Part shown: one piece after another, positions 40,401-53,289 of the stretch | Position numbering within the stretch: the stretch's first letter is position 1 | How the letters are laid out: each line of letters starts with the position of its first letter | NCBI GenBank assembly: GCA_011109175.1 | Contig: RDEW01000018.1 | Location: 617,304 to 681,303, forward strand | Reading direction: 5' to 3' | DNA length: 64,000 nucleotides | Source of the DNA: Dicyema japonicum | Lineage: Eukaryota > Animalia > Dicyemida | Notes under the pieces: generated by a model | Database searches by the model: none | Told to the model about the DNA's origin: nothing | Seen by the model: only the letters and a program-made list of their open reading frames with translations | Position numbers and translations under genes: made by a program

Positions 40401-40585
40401 TTTTCCTTCCTTTCTTCATTAGTCTTCATTGTTGTGTCTGTATTTTTCGTAACAACCACGTCGACAACACAACACCACACCACGTTTTTTTTTTGTACAA
40501 GTTAATTAGATTGTTAACTTTTCGTGTTGCACATGCTTTGTCATGATCTTGGCATCGCGTACGTGCCTATAATAATAATAATTTT
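37490..40585 (+). mobile_element. Internally deleted RTE-like element (37490-37920 and 40501-40585) split by the CRE insertion
   Basis: TFNVKGL..CLQETK; RGRPRTTLP..DRKRWGTLIRL continues after 40513 to a stop and a (TAA)n tail. Confidence 0.75.
37921..40500 (-). mobile_element. CRE-clade RLE retrotransposon (PHD finger, RT, Zn knuckle, PD-(D/E)xK nuclease) with 13-bp TSD; disrupted
   Basis: PHD CEKC..CAACSRWYHRSC..WNCQPC; VRPIAIGNVFRRLAAK, DLKNAFNSI, GVQQGDPLGP, WYLDDG; RRPD..WDVT..AEEVKNAKY..PVAIETSG; GTTAATTAGATTG at 37908-37920 and 40501-40513. Confidence 0.92.
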
Positions 40586-40769
40586 TAAAAATAAAAATTA
40601 TTTTATTTCTGCACATGGCTCTAAGTTGCGTCAGATAATCGAACATCTAAAAAATGGGTATCTTGATGCGTCGCTTTCAAGAAAGAGTATATTTTTGGAA
40701 TACCAAGGGCACCGTAGTTTCAAGGCCAGTTTGAGAGGTATCATTTATAAAATAATGTATAGGTTAAAT

Positions 40770-42975
40770 CTGTGATTCTCAACCGTGGTGCATGTGCACC
40801 ATTTTTGGTACATGAAAAATACTCGAATGGTGCATGGAAAAAAATTGGTACATGGTATTATTTTTTTAATATTTTTTATTATCAGTAATTAGTTCATTAT
40901 AATGGTTAACCATTATCATTTAATACCTATAAATACTCGTGTCAATCACATGTCCGGTGGTAATTCTCGTACTCCTCGGATTTATCGCAAAGATCATCTG
41001 AAATACTGATTTATCCCTTCCAGTGGAGACAAATCTAAGCCTTTTTGCATAATCTGCAAGAATTCTTTGGCTAATAGTTCTATGAAATTGTCAAGATTAA
41101 CACACCATTTGAGGACTAGACATCCAAATTTAGTCGGATCTTTGCTTGAATATTTTCAAAATATAAAAAACAAGATTGATAAACCTACTACCCTTCAAAA
41201 GTTAATCAGTCATTATGCTCTTGCACGAAAAAGTATTCCTTTTAACCTATTTCATGGATGGGTTACTTTCATCCTACAAAATTGCCCATATCGTTGCTAA
41301 AAATAATGCTACCCATGTTTCGGGTGAATCGTTAATAATACCTTCTATCGCAGTTTTTTACAGATATGTTGGGACATAATCCATCTGAAATTTTACAAGT
41401 AGTGCGACCATTTTGATGTTCCTAGAATTTACTTTGAGTAATTATACGATTCGTTGCCGAATTGACGAAATGGCTTCCTAAAAAATATACTTAGAAAAAC
41501 TGTTTTTCCTTGCAGATTGACGAATGTCTGGTATGTGATAATAAATCTATATTAATGGCCTATGTTAGGTGGGTATTTTAAATAATATTTTGTTTAGATT
41601 TTTTGACGAACAAGTAGTTTTTTGTGAAGAGGTTTTGTTTATCAACCTTTGATTACAGATTCTACCGGAGAGTCAATTTTTAATGTATTGAAAACGTATT
41701 TTGAAGAAAAACAAATTCCATTTTCCAATTTAATCACATGTGCTACTGACGGTGCAATGGCCATGGTTGGGAAGTAAAAAGGATTTGCGTCTTTTTTGAA
41801 ACAAAAATGTCCGAATTTAATTCATATTCATTGCGTATTACACCGCCATCATCTGGTTTCAAAAAAAATCTCCGCTTTTTTAAATCAAGTGCTGAATCTC
41901 GTCATAAAAACGATCAATCGAATTAAAACAAGTCCAAAATCTGATAGATCTTTAGGAAATTTTGTATAGATAGGAATGAAGATTATTTAAGACTCTTGTA
42001 TCATAATGAAGTTTATTTTAGCGTTTTTTATATTCTTTAGGTTCGCTGGTTGTCCAAAGACACTGCTTTACAAAGATTTGTAAACTTTTACCAGCTATTT
42101 TGGACTTTCTTGAATCGGAAAATGAAGAGGAATAGCAAGATCGATTTCAGAAAATAGAAATATCTATTATTTTTATTGGATTTTTGCTAAATTGAATGAA
42201 ATTTCCTTGAAATTGCAGGGAGATTTTGTAACTATGTTTGACGTGAGAGTTACAATAATTACATTTTGTGAAAAGTTAAAAAATCACAGACATAACTTTG
42301 AATCAGGAAAATACGATTTTCTATATCTAGTATGTGAAGCATTTAATCAATTTGATATAAAAATTTTCGTTGACCATCTAATTAATTTGGAAAAGGAATT
42401 GACAATCAGATTTGAAAACGTGATTAATATGGAAATACCAAGATGGATGATAAATCCTTTTTTGACAGCACTGTAGGTGCAAATTGATTTGTAAGATGAA
42501 TTTATTGGTATTTTTATCATTTTTATTTTTTATAGAAATTAGATATAATTATTCTTAAATATTTTGTTTGAAAACCAGGATTTGTCTACCTTTTGGCGAA
42601 AAAAGGAATTTAAAGACAAATATTCAAAGATTTAGGAACAAATAATTAAAATTTTATTATGTTTTCCAACGACATATCTTGTGGAATCAGGATTCAGCGT
42701 AGTAAACAAGATATTGAGCGATGAACGTAACAAGCTTAATATCTGCTCGCGACGAGATGTCAGATTATTTTTAACACGCTTGGACCCTGATATTCAGAAA
42801 CTAATTAAAATGCATGAAAAACCAAGGCTCTCATTAAATAGTTAAAAAAAAGATTTTAAGTCCCTAAATTTAATTAAAAAATAAAATAAGTCTTTGTTTC
42901 TTTGGTACACGAAATAACTTGGTTTGGTACGCTGACTTTTTTTTGGTACACCAAAAAAAATGTTGAGAATCACTG
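40770..42975 (+). mobile_element. Buster-type hAT DNA transposon with pseudogenised, intron-containing transposase
   Basis: TIR C(T/A)GTGATTCTCAAC / GTTGAGAATCACTG; 8-bp TSD GGTTAAAT (40762-40769, 42975-42982, last base shared); motifs CIIC..LANSSMK, CATDGA, HCVLHRHHL, HNEVRWLSK, FPTTYLVESGFS. Confidence 0.95.
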
Positions 42976-43299
42976 GTTAAATCAATCTCTTAAAAAATGG
43001 TTATCATCCGTTTTTTTTACTGAAGGAAAAAATGATAAAGAAAAGAAGATGGAAGAATCGTTGAATGTAAGAGACAGAGTCAATTTACGAATGGACTGTG
43101 ATTACAATAAAACATCGATAAAAGGTCCATTATATGAGCACTTGGACACTACAGATTATCTAGTAGTGGATATACAAGGAACTATGGTCCACATAGATGG
43201 TGGCAACTCTGAAATAATGATAGTCCACCATAGGCGAGTTAAAAGATTATTTTAATTGACTTTCCATTCAAGAAATATTTTTTTATCTTTTTGGCTTAA

Positions 43300-43700
43300 C
43301 GTGGATATCATATTTAGTTGTTGATTAGGAATAAGATTAGGCATTGATTATGATTGATGTTAGATAAGTAACTAGGAATGAGATTGAGTATTAATTATGG
43401 TTGATGTTGAAAATTACTTTAGGGATGAGATCACACTTAGGTATTTTTAGAAAAGGGATTTGAATTCGTCAAAGTTATGATTAGAATTAGAAATAGATGG
43501 TTAAGGGATAGGTTTTATGATACTTTAGGTTTAAGAATAAAAAATACGGTTTAAAGTTAAGGTTTATATTTAGGGTTATAAATTAGGGTTAAGGATTAAT
43601 ATCATAGATCAGGGATTATGGATATGGTAAGGGATTAGGGCTAGGGTTAGGGATTATGGTTAGCGATTAGGGTCTATGTTTCGAGTAGGAGTTTTAACGG
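43300..43700 (+). repeat. C-poor low-complexity tract with degenerate TTAGGG-like units
   Basis: ttagggtt..ttagggtt..gggattagggctagggttaggg. Confidence 0.6.
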
Positions 43701-44103
43701 TATGTTTATTTATTTTATTTATTTATTTTACACACATGTAACTTATTTTAGTTAGTAAGGGAAAGGGCCTGAAAATAATAATTTTTTAATATTAAAAGTT
43801 AATTTTTGCTTAATTTTTTTAAATGTTTAATAGATTGTCCGACATTAATTGTATTGAATTGTTTCAGGTTGTCATGATACCATATTTTGCATGAATAATT
43901 AAGGCAGACATCCAATGAATTTGAAAAAATTGGTATATTTAACTAAAAATAATTAGAATAAGGAAAAATGTTATAAAAATGCAAAAAATCGATGGATTTC
44001 CACGTACGGACGGTGACATATAATTTATATTATTTAAATTTTTATTTAAAAATTGACCTAAAAATCTAAAAAGTTGATCTAAAAAACTTTTTTGAAAAAT
44101 AAT

Positions 44104-47100
44104 GTCGCGTGTTCACCTACGATGTGGTGGCATTGCACAATTTATGTGAAAAAGATCTGCAAAATCCCTATCCCTTCTTCATTGAGACTTGGATGGTGTT
44201 GTGCATTACTACTTATTTCCTACTATATCAAACCGAATCCAGGACCGCCATTGATTATTGTCCAAATCAACATAAATGGAATTTGAACAAAGATTATTGA
44301 ACTTAGAGGATTTTTTCAGTCCAACTCAGTGGATATCGCTTTAATTCAAGAATCAAAGCTTACTCATGAAGATTCAATTCCAACGTTTCCTATTACGTGC
44401 TCCGGAAAGATCGAAAATTTGGAAGAGGTGGAGGCTTACTTACCATTGTCCATAATCAGATTAATGTTGTAGACTTTCAAATTACACATCACGTTTTATG
44501 GACACTGAAGATCCATTAGAACAACTCACAGTGAAAATAAAGTTACACTCACTCCCAATTATTATTATTATTATTTAAGCCAAAGAAACACCGTCTTAAC
44601 CAATAACTAATATTCAGGTGATCCCGGCATCTCTCAATAATCGGGCCATTTTTTCTCGATGCTCCGACTGTGATCCCACGCATTTTCTATACGGACGGGG
44701 GTCTTTTTCCTTTTCTCTTCTGAAATTGTTTCCAGCTGCCTCTATGATAGACTCGAGTGCTCTGGGGGCAATTTCTTTATCTGTATATTTTTCTAGTAAC
44801 TTTTTTGCTCTTGACTGGATATCTTGAATTTTTGTTAGGTTCGTTGCCGACAGGTTAGATCCCCATGCAGCACATGCATAGCCTATTGTTGGCTCGACAT
44901 ACTGCTTGTAGAGGGTCCCGATACCTGGAGGATAAATTCCTCCACAGTTCCAAAGGAAGGCCTTTACAAAATTGATCTTCTTTGCACAGGTTGATATGAT
45001 AGATTCCACCTGGGCTGAGAAACAGAGGAAAGTATCAAAAGTTACTCCCAGTATCTTCTGCGTTTTCTTCTGTGGTATAGGTACTCCATTTAACGTGACA
45101 TCAATTGTTTGCGTTCCCATCTTTCTATTCTTAGTAAATAGAGTGACTGCTGACTTTTCGGAACATGCATTTAATCGATTCTCGCACAACCATCCAAATA
45201 TGTTATTTAGTATTCCTTGTAGTCTTTCCTTAGCATGTTCGACGTTTACGTCTCTAGATGCGACTATAGCAAATGTGTATATCCCTATAAAGGCTATTGT
45301 CCTAATCTTGAACACTTCACAAGATTTGAAAAAGTTATAATTTGTGGAGATATGAACGCAAAGAGCCAATTTGGTACACAAATCAACTATTGGACCAAAG
45401 AGGATCTATTATATTAGACAACATTTACGACTTGGTAGTCCTCAACAACAGGAATAAACACACAAGAACTCCTTCAAGAAATGGTGACTCTCCAACCTCA
45501 CCAGATCTGACTCTTGCCGCCCCATCAATTGCTTCGACTATTACATGGGACGTTATCTACGATTTGCACACAGATCACAATCCAATACTTTGAAAATGCT
45601 GGGAAAACACAAGATTAATGTAACTCGCAATACTTTCATCAATTTCTCACGTGCGAATTGGCTTGAGTACATGATTTTTATTGAAGACTCCCTATCCTCT
45701 TTCCGAATAGAGAACTTTTCCTCGATAGATGCGGCCGTTGGATTTATTAATGAAAAGATTTTGCAAGCCCGAAAAAAGACTAATCCAATGCGGCGATTCA
45801 AGACTTCTTCAGATAAATTTGACACAGAAACGAGGGTCCTTATTGCAAGAAGAAATAAACTATAGATAAAACAGCATCCTTGAAATACTGAAATTACAGA
45901 TCTGAATAAGGAAATTACCAAAATGATCAGAAATAAAAACAAAAAATAGGAGGCTGCTTTGATGTCTGTAAACAGACACACAAAGACATCATCCTTATGG
46001 AAAACACTACGGAAACTCAAAAAGATTCCATACAGCATACACCAGGAATTAATCCTGACACACTTATGAAATTTTATGTCAGTTTAAGCCACAAACCATA
46101 TTTGAAACTGGATCATCAACATAAGAAGAAAAAATATCTATACATCGAATATTCAAACCACTGGAGGTATTTCATGCAATTAAATACATGAAAAATACAA
46201 AATCCAAAGGGGCGGATGACATGTCAATAACTGAATTGAAACACTTGGGGTCAATTGCAATCGATGCCCTTACTGAGATTTTCAATTACTCAGTGAATAA
46301 AAATGAGATTCCCTCATTATGGAAAAAATCACTTATACATCCAATACCTAAAAAGAACAAAGCTTTAGACGACCCCTGGAGTTATCGTCCAATATCGATT
46401 CTTTGTGGCCTTTCAAGAACATTGGAAAAATTAATCCTCCACAAGATTAGTCATTCGCTTGATCTTGCAAGTTTCCAACATGGCTTCAGATCGGGATACT
46501 CAACTTCAACACATCTAACAAAACTAACTCAGTTCATCTCGGATGGACTGAACTACTCAAAACCACATAAAAGAACGGTACTTGTCGCTCTGGATTTCGA
46601 GAAGGTGTTTGATTCGGTACCGAGGAAAACTCTAACAACAAAAATTTTTGACACCGATATTCATCCGAAAATCCATTAATGGTAGAAGAGGCCAAGTTGT
46701 TGTGAATAATAAAAATCAAGACAACGATACCTCCCCAACGGGGTCCCTCAAGGATCCCCTTTATTACCAATCATGTTCAATTTATTTACAAGAGACCTTC
46801 CAAATTTAAACATCCAAAATACCATCCTTCTGTCTTATGCCGACGAACTCATTGTCGCAGCAAGACACCAAGACTATAAAGAAGCTGCACGAAGGTTCAG
46901 GAGACCCTCGATATTATGAACCCATGGTTCCTCAAAAACCACATGAAAACATCCCCTGGTAAATCGAGCACTGCGATTATTTCCTCCTACAAGAAACATA
47001 CATCTTTCGATCCTAAATTAACTTGGAATGGAGAGTTTATCCCAGTTAATAAGAACTCATCAATCCTTGGAGTTACATATGACCCGTTGATGACGTTCAC

Positions 47101-47495
47101 ACATCATGTAGACACAATAATTTAAAGAGTTCAAAAAAAGATGGGGATCCTCAAGACCTCTGCTGCAGAACAAATTAGAGGTCATACAAAACCAATGCCT
47201 CCGGATCCTTCTTAAATGTGACAGAACGACGCCTACGTCACATTAGATCTCAAAAAAGTTATGGAACATCTCGGTGGCGAACAACAAAAATTCTTGAAAA
47301 TGATGCGATCTTCCAGTAACCACCTTGAAGATGAGTTTCTTGCCTACCAGAAGTTGCTCGCAAATTTGAGATCAAACCTTCCCCCTTTTGGACAAAGTCG
47401 AAACAAAGGAGGACGCACAGACACCGGGATCACTTAATTAGACGATAACTTTTCCCTCTTTTCTGTGTTCCCGTGGTTGTAACAATAATAATAAA
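44104..47495 (+). mobile_element. Near full-length Vingi-like LINE (about 40-aa leader, 2A-like, APE, RT), disrupted, (TAA)n tail
   Basis: MWW..LLLISYYIKPNPGP, IQESKL, GGGLLT, CGDMNAK, DLHTDH, SYRPISILC, QHGFRSG, GVPQGS, SYADE, ILGVTYDP. Confidence 0.93.
44558..45264 (-). mobile_element. 5'-truncated copy of the 23.4-kb LINE family nested antisense in the endonuclease region of the 44.1-kb LINE
   Basis: High identity to 23381-24030; (TAA)n tail; host frame KIKLHSLP..TIANVYIP resumes after it. Confidence 0.92.
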
Positions 47496-47937
47496 AAAAA
47501 ATTATAGAAACCTTTTTTTGACATTTTTTTTAAATTAATCATTATTTTTAGACTAAAGTCTAACTCTGAATTGAAATTGACTTTATTGACTTATGTTGCC
47601 CTAATAATTACTTTCGACGACGATTAGCTTGGATTTAGTTTATTTTGGGATATTATTAGGAAACAAAATAAAGTTAAACAAACAAATTGTGATCCTTGTA
47701 GTCTACGAGCAAGGTTCCGGATTGTAGACTAAAGTTAGTTAGTTTCTCCGACTTTACTATCATGTAGGAGGCCGGTTGCCATCAAGAGAGAGAAAAATTG
47801 AATTTTTTTATTTGGATGATTTTTATTAAAAATATTTGCGAGTCAAAATTCCTGAATCAATTTCTTTTTTAATAAAAAATATATTAATATTTTAAATAAT
47901 TAGATTTAAAATTCAAATAATTCATATATCTGTGTGT

Positions 47938-49512
47938 ATGTTTTTCGTGTTTTTTTCAGTATTTCCGTTAATATTGTCTGATTATTATGAAGAAATAATA
48001 ATAAAACCTATTTCGAGAGCAGAAACACTATTTACCTATAATTTTGTATTTGAAAATCTTAAATACGATTACTTTCTTTTCCCCACTAAAAAATATTTTT
48101 TTGGAGAATAATATAAGATTCTTGCATTTGGGGATGTCAACGGGAGTCCTAGAGTATAGACATGAACCCCTTTCAATGCAATCCAACACAGAATTGAAAA
48201 TAGACTTCATAAGGTAATCCTATTAATCACTTTCAGTAATTCCACTGATAATAAACGGAAATTTGATAAAACAGTTGCTGCACTGTCGACTGTTTTGTCT
48301 GGATCTTTTTTGAATATGAAATACTCAGATTGTCTATTTTTCAACATTTCGGACGTATTTCACTATAAAGTGGAGAATCTCTGTATCATCTATGATATGA
48401 CCTACAGTCTCTGCTGTGAGAATATCTTTACTTTAGTCAAACAGCTTCCTTGCAGTGACAAAGTATTCGTACGGTTCATTTTAGGCTGGGATAGCTCAAC
48501 TTGTAGACAAAATCAAAATTCTAACTGCTAATTTCCATTCCATTGACTTGGTGTATTATGAGAGTTCTGATGGAACTCATTCACTAAATATTTCCCTCTC
48601 TTTCACAAACAGCTATAGTTTCTCTATATTATACAATCTTTAGGTTCAAGTGACTTTGTTTATTTGAACAGTGTATGCCCAGCCTCATCAAAATCAAGGA
48701 TAATTGTGTTCGACTCGAATGTAACCCGAAAATAATATTTTAGAATAATTATACAATCTGTGATTTTGCTGACATAGATACTTGTACTTCATCTTATTTT
48801 AAGGGCATAACGGATAACCCACCAGAATTTAAAAATGTCAAAATTTCCCGATTTTTACGTGGTATTACATTTTATAACTGAAATAATCAGGGTTGCATTG
48901 AATAAGCGAGTCATTGATACCGAATTTTATAACCCCACCGACCAGGATGTCGAAGTTTTTTATTATGATTACTTTCCTTCAAACGTTGACGCCTATTACA
49001 GCTCCCTGAGATTTTTTAACAAAAACGGGAACTTGTCTACTAAAATGTTAAAATTTCTACCGAGGACATTGAATTATCCTTTTACTATTCGACAGGTCAA
49101 TGTGGTTGTCCCGTGTTATGAAAAAGTTAATTTGTTGATAACGGTGATGCCGAGAATGTCTCACTCCACAACTGATATAGCCGGATTCGACGGAGATTTC
49201 AGAATTGGTGGAGGGTTTGGAGCTGTCGTGAATCCGAATAATCGAAAAGTGTTATATTATGTTCGTTCCAACATAATTACACTCAAATCATTAGTCCACG
49301 ATGATTTTACTGCTACTTCAAATCTTTTTATTATATTATTCATTTATGGGATGCTCCTTTGTGGAATTGCTAAAATTACATCTTTCCAATATACACGGGC
49401 TCAGTCAGAGGAGAAGAAAAGTGCAATAATTTTAGCCAAAATTCTTAAGTTATCTCCCTATATCGGATTTCTTGTGATTGTTTACCGCGTTTTTGATTTT
49501 GATTTGTTCTAA
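47938..49512 (+). CDS. PIGT: Divergent GPI transamidase subunit PIG-T/Gpi16; tiny introns; apparent 1-nt frameshift near 48080
   Basis: Signal peptide, YYEEIIIKP, YFLFP, CCENIFTLVKQLPC (cf. CTENLTPWKKLLPC), TEFYNP..V.YYDYFP..YYSSL, DDF..N then TM helices. Confidence 0.75.
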
Positions 49513-49519
49513 TTTTTAT

Positions 49520-49790
49520 TAATTTGAATTTTCCGTTACCTTTAGAGGAGTCATGGTACTTCTACATGCATTTACGTTCCTATCTGAACAGAATCGGAAT
49601 ATCGTACTCTTCACTTTGCCCATCATGCCTTCGTGACGTAACCGGAGTATGGGAAAACTCTTCTCCGACTTTTTCACGGCATCAAATACATCCGTTAGAT
49701 TTCTGGGAGCGTCTGCTCTTGACTGTGGCGTTCTAGTTAGCCACCAGTTTCCTTCACTGGAATGGTTCTGCATTTGCAGGGGACATTTTA
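49520..49790 (+). mobile_element. Vingi-like LINE C-terminal zinc-knuckle fragment
   Basis: HLRSYLNRIGISYSSLCPSC..PLDFWE. Confidence 0.7.
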
Positions 49791-49985
49791 TCTTAGAGTA
49801 AAGGACAGTTATACTAACGTAGAAAGGGGACCAAGGATTTTTTTATTTTGGTTGCATTTGAGTCTTTGTAGAGAATCTGATTCCGCAGTGAGGTATCGCT
49901 GATGACTGCGTCAGTCGTCAATAATGTGTGTAGAACCTTCAGTCTCAATGAACAGCTGTAAGATTCGAACCCAGAAGCATCTGAA
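49790..49985 (-). mobile_element. SINE family C with clear B-box
   Basis: Minus strand GGTTCGAATC (49962-49971) followed by family C body. Confidence 0.75.
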
Positions 49986-50080
49986 ATTTGTCCGGCACTT
50001 ATGAGATTGCATAATTTGAAATTCATAACAAATTTTTAAATAATGAGATTAATCCAATTTATTAGTAATAAAGTGTTAAA

Positions 50081-51660
50081 TTAATTTTCATCGGTAAGCA
50101 TCAAAAGTGGGGTTTCCAGTAAATTTTTGCACTTTTTAAGAAAATTGCATGCAGTAAATCCGTCAATTACACGATGATCTCCCGAAAATACCATTGTAGA
50201 ATACGATCTCTCGACAATTTCTCCATTTATGTTTTTTTCGAGATTTTTCTAAAATTTAAATTATTTTTAACTAAAACCTGAGTTCTTCCAAACGAAAGTA
50301 TTGCTGACTGCGGTGGTACAATAATGGAATTCCCCATCAAACCCCCAATCTTACAAGGTTAATAAAATTCACTAGTACAGGAGCAGTATTAGAAATTGTG
50401 AATGTCCCTCCAGAGAGATCGTCGACTGTAAATTTGTTGGCCTCTCCTTTTTCGATAATTCTTGAAGACATCTTGAAATTTGTACTAAATTTTTAGATTG
50501 GACGTTATGGACGACTGGAACGATCAATCCAGTTGGGGTATTCATAGCCACTCCTATGTTGTGTTGATTCTAAAATGAATAGTTTATATAATTTAAACGT
50601 TAAAAACGATATTTTCGTGTTTTCCATCAAGCATTGAGTTAACAATTGGGTATTCATTGAGAGCCATGGAACAAGCCTTTGAGAAATTAGCCTCAAAATA
50701 CAACCTTTATCAATAAACTGGTCACTGTTAGACGAATTGAGTATTTTTCATTAGCGTAAGCTTTAAGCGATCTAAAAGAAGCCATCATGTCATCCGCATT
50801 GATATTTTCGTGGACGTAAAAATGTGGAATTTTAATCGATTCTGTCATTAAGTCGTACATTTTTTTTCTAGATCCACGTAGAGGTAAATTTTCTAGTTTG
50901 TCTGCTACACATGTGGTTTGGGCAGAAGCAGTTTCACCTTCTACAGTCTGAAATGAATAAGTTAACTCATATAGTTTAGAACATCTTCATTCAGTACCCG
51001 ACCGTTTTTCCCTGTTCCAACAACGTCATCTAAATTTATCTGAAACATTTCAAGAGTATTACGTTATTTTCCTTGGCAAGTTTTCGAACCGCTGGAGTCG
51101 CAGCTGCAAACTGTTTATGCAATTTTGGTGTTTCTGAATTGGGTATATCTGATTCTGAGGAAGTTTCCGACTTTTGAGATGAATCTGATTTATCTTCTGC
51201 ATCGTCTTCAATTTCAATATCGACAAGAGGCAGTCCAACCAGAGCCAAATCTTCAACGTCGTAGTAGATTTTTCTTATAGTTCCGGAATACCGTGATGAT
51301 ATTGTCACGTTAGCTTTATCACTGGACACATCACAAATATTTTCGAATTCGTTGACTTTCTGGCCGACCACAACATACCTGCGGTTATATAATTAAAATT
51401 AATTATTAATGATGTAGAAAATATGGAAAGTCAAAATTAAAGTTTGACACAAAAAAATATAAAATATTATTCATAACTTACCACTCCTTAACTGTAACTT
51501 CTTTAATTCCTTCCCCAATATCCGCCAGTTTATATGGAAATATTCTTCCAAAATAAACTTAATTTAAGTAACTAAGCATATACCTGAACTTGTTCCAAAA
51601 TGCCTTAAACTAAAAAAGTGTAAATTAAAATATTCACTACTGCTTAGTAAAATGAAACAT
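50081..51660 (-). CDS. DBT: Branched-chain alpha-keto acid dehydrogenase E2 (dihydrolipoamide acyltransferase), mitochondrial
   Basis: [18 protein letters not shown], lipoyl site [33 protein letters not shown], catalytic DHRVIDG; tiny introns plus one of about 100 nt. Confidence 0.92.
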
Positions 51661-53289
51661 TTCCGAAACTATAGATAATTGCTTTAATATTTTTGCTGAA
51701 TATTTATTTTTCTAAAATTTTCTAAAAATATTTTAGAATTAAATATCATATTAAATATTACAAAAATTAGCTAAAAATCATGAAAATATTTTTAATATTT
51801 CATTTCTAGTCTTTAGGTCATTTTTGATAAATATCATTAATCAATCGATATAGCTTGTGTGAACGTTCCACCTGGTTTCTATTTGCCACATTTATGTTTT
51901 CCATGGTTTTAATGCTGGAGATTGGATATAAGCATATGTTATCTCCCTTATAATCAATGAATCAACACATTTCGGGAAGTGAGATCAAAATAGAGACCTA
52001 TGCTGTCAGAAAAATATCATATTTGAATATTCTCAAGTATGAATTTATATAGGAAATAAAAATTGATTCTTCTCTATTGAAGAATCAATTGAGGTTTCTA
52101 GTTGTTTAGCTCAATCGATAGAGGTGGATATTGGCCGCCTATGCTTCGAACGGAAAATTCGAGAATATTTACAAAAAATCTGAAAATTCATTCGATTATA
52201 AGGTGTCGCTTCCTACATATTTGAAATATTTCTTATTAAACTGAGGCTTGTTAGAATTATAGAAGGTGTCAAGAGATGCACGTGACTGGCGACATCAAAC
52301 AAATTTAGTCTTAATTTTAAGGTAGAAGATAAAAATCTAAATAAATATGTTTGGAATCAATACCACGGAAATTAATGTCAACCACACACCTAATTAACAA
52401 TTTGTTTTTAATTGTCGACATTAAATTCGTTTTTTGCTTTTCGTCTTTCAACTCCATCAAACTCTAATGAAAAAGAGTCTATAAACATATTTATGGAAGT
52501 TGAAGTGATTGAAATTCAAATAAAATAATTTCTAAAAGTTTTAATTGATAATTCATTGAAGGTTTGTTGCTTTACTCAATAGTTCACAACTCCTAACTGT
52601 TAGCTACTTTGCTCAGTTGTTAATTTTAAAAATTTATTTTATTATTTTGTGGTAAAAAAAATACCACAGCCATTAAAGAACTACACCTTACTGGCAAACC
52701 ATTATTTCTGAAACATTATTTTGACTAATCTTAGTGAGTTAAAAGAATTATTGTAAAACCCCTCGAATTATATAAAATTCATGCGATAAACAAATACATG
52801 AGAAAATTCTTCAATCCTCCAGGTTACCTATTCTATTTTTTATTAAACGTTTTTAAGTCAATTTTTTTAAGTTTCCGTGATAAAATAAATCAGAAAAATT
52901 TTTGAAAAGAGTAAAATCAATATCATATTACAAAATTTAGAGTTGTCAAGACCGAAAAAGCTATTGAACAGCAATTTTCTTGAAAATGCTATATTCCCCC
53001 TTGAAAATTGTAGAATTACGAGAAAGATATTTCGTTCAATGATGAGATGGGACATTCTCTTCTACATTAACAAAGTCATAGATAATACGAAGCTCTTGTT
53101 TATATGGATCGGATATCCCTAATTCTTTATAGCGCACAGACTGCCTATGAAGAAATAACCACTCACATACAAACCAGTGGATATTAAGAGAACGAAGATT
53201 ATGGCAAAGGTGGAAGTCAATAATTCTGAGCTCAAAGCCCTTGTTGAACACAAATGTAGGACGTGGGATAAAAGTAAAGGAACACTTTT

